From positions 1-53,536 of the forward strand of contig BTVV01000036.1 of NCBI GenBank assembly GCA_045863855.1: a DNA stretch of 53,536 bases, in the 5' to 3' direction. Origin of the DNA: Planctomycetota bacterium (lineage in GTDB: Bacteria; Planctomycetota; SZUA-567; H5-PLA8). Each line of letters begins with the position of its first letter. The stretch's first letter is position 1. Shown one piece after another: positions 48,326 through 53,536 of the stretch. The notes beneath the pieces were generated by a model that was not told the DNA's origin, ran no database searches, and saw nothing but the letters and a program-made list of their open reading frames with translations. A program made the translations under genes and the position numbers.

Positions 48326-48817
48326 ATGCGCCACGCCGTATGCGTCCTGTTGCTCCTGAGTTGCGCGGCTCTTCACGCCGAAGCCCCGGCTCCCGGCGGC
48401 GCCGAACGGATCCACGCGCAGTTCCTGGAACTGATTCAGAAACGCGTCGAAGCCGAGATGAAGGGGCTGCCGCCGGAGCAGATCGATGCGGCCGCGAAGC
48501 AGATGGGCGCGACGAAGGAAGAGTTGCCCGCGAAGATGGCCGCCAAGATGCTCGAAGAGCACGGTCCTTTCTTTCGCGTGACCGAAGCGCAGGCTCAGGC
48601 GATGCTCGCGGGCGCCTTCGACGACGAAGGCAATACGAAGACCGTGCGCGCGGACCTTAAGATTTTCAAGGATCTCGAAGTACCGCTGCCGCGCCTGCTG
48701 GTGGTGCAGATCGAGTCGTTCAGCACCGGGAAGCTGAAGGGGCTGGAACTGGAGTTTTTCGCGCGGCACTGCGCGGCCTTGCGCGAACGCGCGAAGCAGG
48801 CGCTCGAAAAGAAGTAG
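48326..48817 (+). CDS. Hypothetical secreted helical protein
   Basis: GGAG RBS; signal peptide MRHAVCVLLLLSCAALHA. Confidence 0.7.
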   Translation: MRHAVCVLLLLSCAALHAEAPAPGGAERIHAQFLELIQKRVEAEMKGLPPEQIDAAAKQMGATKEELPAKMAAKMLEEHGPFFRVTEAQAQAMLAGAFDDEGNTKTVRADLKIFKDLEVPLPRLLVVQIESFSTGKLKGLELEFFARHCAALRERAKQALEKK

Positions 48818-48838
48818 CCGACGCACCGGGAGGTTTTC

Positions 48839-49858
48839 ATGTCCGAGATCGCCGCACGATTGGGCCAGCAGGTTCTGGAGCATGGGTACAAGCTGACGCG
48901 CGAGGAGGCCACGGCCCTCGCCGCGCCGGACGTTGACGTGTACGACCTGATGTACTGGGCGCACAAGATCCGCCGGAAGTACAAGGGCGAGGAAGTCCAC
49001 GCGTGCAGCATCGTCAGCGTCAAGACGGGTGCATGCAGCGAGGACTGTTCGTTTTGCGCGCAGTCTTCGAAGTACAAGACCAATTCTCCCGTGCACGACT
49101 ATCTCGACAAGGACCGCATCAAAGCCGCCACCGCCGCGGCGAAGAAGCAGGGCAGCTACGCGCTGGGACTCGTCGCCGCCGGATACGGCCCGAAGGAAGA
49201 GGACATCGACAAGTACGTCGAGTACATGCAGGCGATGGACGAGGTGGGCGGCGTCGAGAAGCACATCAATATCGGGATCATGAACGAGCGCCAGATCGAA
49301 CGGCTCAAGGGCGCCGGCATGGTCTGCTGCGGGCACAACCTCGAGACCAGCCGCAACCACTTCCCCAAGATCTGTTCGACGCACACCTACGACGAGCGCG
49401 TGGAGACGCTTAAGGCGCTGGGCCGCCAGGGCGTGAAGATCTGCAGCGGCGGGCTTTTCGGCATGGGCGAGACGTGGGCGGACCGCGTGGACCTGGCGCT
49501 GGATCTGCGCGACTTAGGTGCGGCGAATATTCCGATGAACTTCCTGAACCGCATCGAAGGCACGCCGCTGGAAGATTCCAAACCGCTGGCGCCGATGGAG
49601 ATCCTGCGCACAGTGGCCCTGTACCGTTACGTGCTCTTTGACCGCGATCTGGGCGTGTACGGCGGGCGCGAAGTGAACCTGCGCGACCTGCAGAGCATGA
49701 TCTTCTTCGCCGGCGCCAGCGCCGTGATGGTGGGGAACTACCTGACCACCGCGGGCCGCCCGGCCGAGGTGGACCGCCAGATGGTCCGCGACCTGGAGTT
49801 GCAGTTCGCGCCCGCGCGGCAGTTGGAGCCGTTGCCGGCGGCCACGAAGGACGCGTAA
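48839..49858 (+). CDS. bioB: Biotin synthase-like radical SAM enzyme with atypical auxiliary-cluster ligands
   Basis: CSEDCSFCAQS, HNLET, CSGG, GMGE, P.NFL, GGRE, GNYLTT; near bioF. Confidence 0.85.
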   Translation: MSEIAARLGQQVLEHGYKLTREEATALAAPDVDVYDLMYWAHKIRRKYKGEEVHACSIVSVKTGACSEDCSFCAQSSKYKTNSPVHDYLDKDRIKAATAAAKKQGSYALGLVAAGYGPKEEDIDKYVEYMQAMDEVGGVEKHINIGIMNERQIERLKGAGMVCCGHNLETSRNHFPKICSTHTYDERVETLKALGRQGVKICSGGLFGMGETWADRVDLALDLRDLGAANIPMNFLNRIEGTPLEDSKPLAPMEILRTVALYRYVLFDRDLGVYGGREVNLRDLQSMIFFAGASAVMVGNYLTTAGRPAEVDRQMVRDLELQFAPARQLEPLPAATKDA

Positions 49859-49913
49859 TCGAGCGCCGCCGACCGGCGTACACTCAGGGCACTAGGAGGC
49901 GCGAAGTCCATAC

Positions 49914-50642
49914 ATGAGCGCTTCTGTCCCGCCTCCCGCCGCCCTGATTCTCGGCGCGTCCGGCACGCTCGGCGGCGCCGTGGCGCGCACGCTGGCAGCA
50001 CGCGGGTACGCGCTGGGCCTGCACGCGCACCAACATCCCGAACGCGTCCCCGAAGCACCGCCGGGTTCCAAGGCATATCGGGCCGATTTCCGCGAGACCG
50101 GCGCGGCGGAGGAACTCGCCAAGGCCTTCCTCGCCGATTTCGGGAAGCTCGACGCGCTGGTCTGGGCCGCGGGGATCTCGCACGATGCACCCGTCGCGGC
50201 GCAGGACGAAGCCGATTTGCGCGAAGTCCTCGCGGTGAACCTCACCGCGCCTTTCCTGCTTTCGAAGGCGCTTGCGCGGACGTTCCTGAAGCAGAAGCGC
50301 GGGCGCGTGGTCTGGATCGGTTCGCACGCGGGGCTTTCGGGTCGCGCCGGAGGCGCGGCCTACGCGATGGCGCAATCGGGACTTCTGGCGCTGGCCAAGT
50401 CGTTGGCGCGCGAATGGGGGCCGACGGGCGTACAGGTCCATGCGGTGATTCCCCCGTTCGTACGCGATTCGGGGATGGGGCGGACGGCCAGCGCCGAGTT
50501 CGTCGAGGCGGTCCAGAAGCGCAACGTATTCCGGCCGGATACCGATCCCGCGGAAGCCGTGGCCGCGTTCGTGGCGAATCTGCTGGAACAGGCCACCTCC
50601 TCGGGGCAGGTCTTCGTGCTGGACGCGCGGATCGTACCGTAA
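49914..50642 (+). CDS. FabG-like SDR oxidoreductase with YxxxQ instead of YxxxK
   Basis: GASGTLG, VNL, IGS, YAMAQ, LARE. Confidence 0.85.
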   Translation: MSASVPPPAALILGASGTLGGAVARTLAARGYALGLHAHQHPERVPEAPPGSKAYRADFRETGAAEELAKAFLADFGKLDALVWAAGISHDAPVAAQDEADLREVLAVNLTAPFLLSKALARTFLKQKRGRVVWIGSHAGLSGRAGGAAYAMAQSGLLALAKSLAREWGPTGVQVHAVIPPFVRDSGMGRTASAEFVEAVQKRNVFRPDTDPAEAVAAFVANLLEQATSSGQVFVLDARIVP

Positions 50643-50728
50643 TCGGTCTTGCTTTACCGCCCGCACAGGTGCTCGAATTCCCGATCGAGCACGTATCCAA
50701 GCTCGATTTTTGCGTGTAAAATTCGTGT

Positions 50729-51532
50729 ATGGAAGGCTCCGCATCCCCGTCGGTTCAACCCCATCGTCCGCCGCACAGCGCTTGGATGCTCCCGGCCGCC
50801 GTCTGGCTAATCCTGTTCGTGGCGTTGAATGTGGGGTATTCGCAGCAGGCGTACGTCAAGACATTCGAGAGCGGATATCGCGGCGGGCTGAGTTTGGGCT
50901 TTCCGTTCACGCTGTGGGACGAGGGGCATTTCTTTCTCGCCGATAAGGAAAAGGGCCTGCTGATCGAAGCGTACGGCGGCTGGGTGGCTCAGGGGCTGGC
51001 GCTGAACGCTTTGGTCTTTGGACTGGTGGCGTGGGGCGCGGGCTTGGCGGGAACGAAATACTCGCGTTTTGCAGCCGCGCGCGCGGAGGCGGCGGGCGCG
51101 GCGCCGGCCGTTCCGGTGGCCTTCGCGGGCTGGACTACGGTGAGCGCCATGGGGTTCGCGACGGTACTGCTGATGGTCTTCAACTTTCAGATCCGCACCG
51201 AGCAGGTTTCGGGCGCGCCGTACCTGACCTCCTTCGAGCACGAATGCGGCTGGCCGGCGGTGATGTGGGAGGGCCGGGATCGCTTTCAGCGCGGAAGCGG
51301 CGACGCGCCGATGCCGGAGACGGTGGTGGAGGTGGAACGCGACGTCTTCGAAGCGCAGTACGCGCCGCGCCGGCACATGGGGATGCGCGTAAGCAGTTGG
51401 AAGCATCGAGGCATGGTGGTGAACCTGCTCTTCGGCGCGTTCCTGGTCATGGCCGCGGGCGGGGCGAGCGAGTGGTGGCGCAAGCGGAGGCAGGCGCGTG
51501 CGGAGTCCGCTTCGGGTAACCCCGCCGCCTAG
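50729..51532 (+). CDS. Hypothetical membrane protein with internal duplication
   Basis: Two units of TM, G(F/W)P...W(D/E), W...G...N.L, TM. Confidence 0.7.
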   Translation: MEGSASPSVQPHRPPHSAWMLPAAVWLILFVALNVGYSQQAYVKTFESGYRGGLSLGFPFTLWDEGHFFLADKEKGLLIEAYGGWVAQGLALNALVFGLVAWGAGLAGTKYSRFAAARAEAAGAAPAVPVAFAGWTTVSAMGFATVLLMVFNFQIRTEQVSGAPYLTSFEHECGWPAVMWEGRDRFQRGSGDAPMPETVVEVERDVFEAQYAPRRHMGMRVSSWKHRGMVVNLLFGAFLVMAAGGASEWWRKRRQARAESASGNPAA

Positions 51533-51565
51533 CGTAACCGCCATCGCGCCGTACACTTTTCAATC

Positions 51566-52729
51566 ATGTCCTGGCCCCAACGCCTTCAACGCCGCCTCGA
51601 TGCGTGGCGCGACGCCGGCCTGCAGCGCCGATTGCGCGTGGCCGAGGGCTCAGGCACGCGCGTGCGCGTCGACGGGCGGGAACTCGTCAGCTTCGCGAGC
51701 AACGATTACCTGGGCCTCAGTACGCATCCGGAGGTGCTCGCGGCGGCGCATGCGGCGTTGGACCGTTCGGGCGCGGGCGCGACGGCCAGCCGGCTGATCT
51801 GCGGCACCAAGTCGGAGCATGCCGAACTGGAAGCCGATCTCGCGCGCTTCAAGCGCAGCGAAGGCGCGCTCGTCTTCGCCAGCGGATACCAGGCGGCGCT
51901 GGCCGCGTTGGTGGCGCTGGGCTCCGGCGAAGACGATCCGCCGCCGGTGCTGCTGCTCGATCGGCTCTGCCACGCAAGTCTGCTCGACGGCGCGAAACTC
52001 AGCGGCGCGCGGGTGCGCACCTTCAAGCACAACGACGCGGCCGACCTGGAACGCCTGCTGCGCGCCGAAGCCGGTCCGCCGGCGCTGGCGGTCGTCGAAT
52101 CGCTGTACTCGATGGACGGCGATGTGGCACCGCTGCGGGAACTGTATGCCGCGGTGCAACGCCACGGCGCTTGGCTGCTGGTCGATGAAGCGCACGCGAC
52201 CGGCGTTCTGGGTCCGCTGGGGCGCGGGGCGCTGGCTGAGGTCTTTGAAGGAGATTTGCCGGGCGACGTCCTGAGCCTCGGCACCCTTTCGAAGGCACTG
52301 GGCAGTCAGGGCGGCTTTCTCTGTGGCCCTAAGATTGCCCTGGAGAGCATCGTGCACGCCGGGCGGGCGTTTGTATTCAGCACCGGATTGGCGCCGGCTC
52401 CTGCGGCGGCGGCTCGTGCGGCGTTAGGCTTGCTTAAGGATGATGCGCGACGCCTGGGGCTGCTGGAAGCGAGCGCAAGCCTGCGCCGGCGGCTGCGCGA
52501 CGGCGGCTGGGAGATTCTGGGCGGTCCGGGGCCGATTTTGCCGATACGGATAGGCGACGAAGGCGGCGCCGTGGCCTTGGCCGAACGCCTTTGGAGCCAA
52601 GGGTTTTGGGTGCCGGCGGTACGCTATCCGACGGTAAAGCGGGGGCAGGCGCGGTTGCGCTTGAGTCTTTCCGCGGCGCACACGCCGAAAGAAATCCAGG
52701 CGCTGCTTACGGCGCTGGGGAAGCGCTAA
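51566..52729 (+). CDS. bioF: 8-amino-7-oxononanoate synthase
   Basis: FASNDYLGL, HASL.DG, SMDGD, DEAHATG, GTLSKALG, PTV...ARLR. Confidence 0.9.
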   Translation: MSWPQRLQRRLDAWRDAGLQRRLRVAEGSGTRVRVDGRELVSFASNDYLGLSTHPEVLAAAHAALDRSGAGATASRLICGTKSEHAELEADLARFKRSEGALVFASGYQAALAALVALGSGEDDPPPVLLLDRLCHASLLDGAKLSGARVRTFKHNDAADLERLLRAEAGPPALAVVESLYSMDGDVAPLRELYAAVQRHGAWLLVDEAHATGVLGPLGRGALAEVFEGDLPGDVLSLGTLSKALGSQGGFLCGPKIALESIVHAGRAFVFSTGLAPAPAAAARAALGLLKDDARRLGLLEASASLRRRLRDGGWEILGGPGPILPIRIGDEGGAVALAERLWSQGFWVPAVRYPTVKRGQARLRLSLSAAHTPKEIQALLTALGKR

Positions 52730-52773
52730 CTCGGCTTGTGGAAGCACGTACCGGAGACTAGACTGGTCTGGCC

Positions 52774-53536
52774 ATGCGGATTCCCGAACGCTCTTTAAGG
52801 CTGGCCCTTGCGGTGCCGGCGGTGCTGCTCTTGGCTGGCTGCGGCAAGATCCGCAATCCGTTGCGCGCGGAAGCACCCCCGCCGCCGCCCGAATACGTGA
52901 AGCTGGACGCCAAAGACGCGCCCGAGCTTTCGGAGCAGGATTACCTTAAGCGCAAAGCCACGGTCGGATCGCGCTTCGAACGGATCGAGGCGCTGGACGT
53001 GATCGACCGCGCCGGCGACCCGGAAATGATCCCGTTCCTGGTCGAACGCATCGAGAAGGAAGACGATCCGTTCCTGCAGATGCGCATCATGCACGCGCTT
53101 TCGAAGGCCCAGGACGTGCGCGCGGTTCCTCCGTTGCGCCGGCTGGCGCAGTGGAACGAAGACCGTGTCGGCGTCGAAGCCGTGGTGACTCTCTTCGAAC
53201 TTGGCGACGACAACTACGTGCCCCGCTTGATCCGGCTGATGCGCAAGAAGGAGGAGGATCCGGAGATGGCGACGCTGGGTTACCGCACGCTGCGCCGCAT
53301 TTACCGGGTCGAACTTCCCTTCAACGACCGCGCCTGGAACAATTATTACCGCTGCCACCGCCTGGAGCCCTACCAGGACATGGGCTGGTACGCGACCTTC
53401 CGTCCGCCGCCGCCGCCGACCGTGGCCGGCACGACCAAGGTGGAGCCGCGGCCCGAGTCGGGCACGCGTCTGCCCACCGAAAGTACGAAGAGCCGCCGTC
53501 ACGTGCTAAGCGCGCACGAATTCTGGAAGCCCGACG
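52774..53536 (+). CDS. HEAT-repeat lipoprotein (3' end beyond the window)
   Basis: Not in the ORF track because it has no stop here; MRIPERSLRLALAVPAVLLLAGC (lipobox LAGC), then HEAT-like helices. Confidence 0.75.
   Translation, partial: MRIPERSLRLALAVPAVLLLAGCGKIRNPLRAEAPPPPPEYVKLDAKDAPELSEQDYLKRKATVGSRFERIEALDVIDRAGDPEMIPFLVERIEKEDDPFLQMRIMHALSKAQDVRAVPPLRRLAQWNEDRVGVEAVVTLFELGDDNYVPRLIRLMRKKEEDPEMATLGYRTLRRIYRVELPFNDRAWNNYYRCHRLEPYQDMGWYATFRPPPPPTVAGTTKVEPRPESGTRLPTESTKSRRHVLSAHEFWKPD

Noticed and set aside
43395..52729. Ladderane, sphingolipid or secondary-metabolite cluster (fab genes, radical SAM, alpha-oxoamine synthase)
   Set aside because: The fab genes are single-copy housekeeping types after rpmF, the radical SAM has BioB motifs with no B12-binding domain, and the PLP enzyme fits BioF
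1..53536. CRISPR array, IS element, prophage or defence system
   Set aside because: No regularly spaced repeats and no transposase, integrase, phage or nuclease motifs recognised

Overview
A GC-rich bacterial chromosomal segment, most likely from a Planctomycetota member. This is inferred from secreted HEAT/TPR proteins with 'LKDGRKLEG'/'LALWA..ALGY' motifs, a TsaC-phosphatase fusion and a kinase-TPR-FGE protein. It holds about 50 CDS and one tRNA-Phe(GAA); I saw no transposase, integrase, prophage or CRISPR array. Housekeeping genes are cimA, thiSG, purD, tsaC-ywlE, rpiB, eda, nnrD, ettA, rpmF-fabH-fabD-fabG-acpP-fabF, bioB and bioF, interspersed with envelope genes (LysM, M23 peptidase, transglutaminase, glycosyltransferases). 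Four signals stand out. (1) A LacI-type HTH fused to a PilZ domain, with a near-consensus sigma70 promoter, a palindrome over its start site and extra TGCAC half-sites, just upstream of a large exported transglutaminase-like gene: a candidate c-di-GMP-responsive regulatory system. (2) A BioB-like radical SAM enzyme lacking most canonical [2Fe-2S] ligands and with CGHN in place of YNHN, next to an SDR lacking its catalytic Lys, downstream of the fab genes. (3) A PlcP-like phospholipase C coupled to a GT28 glycolipid synthase with pho-box-like repeats upstream. (4) A terminator-like hairpin and a palindrome in the rpmF-fab leader region. All calls come from motif recognition by eye; no database search was run.
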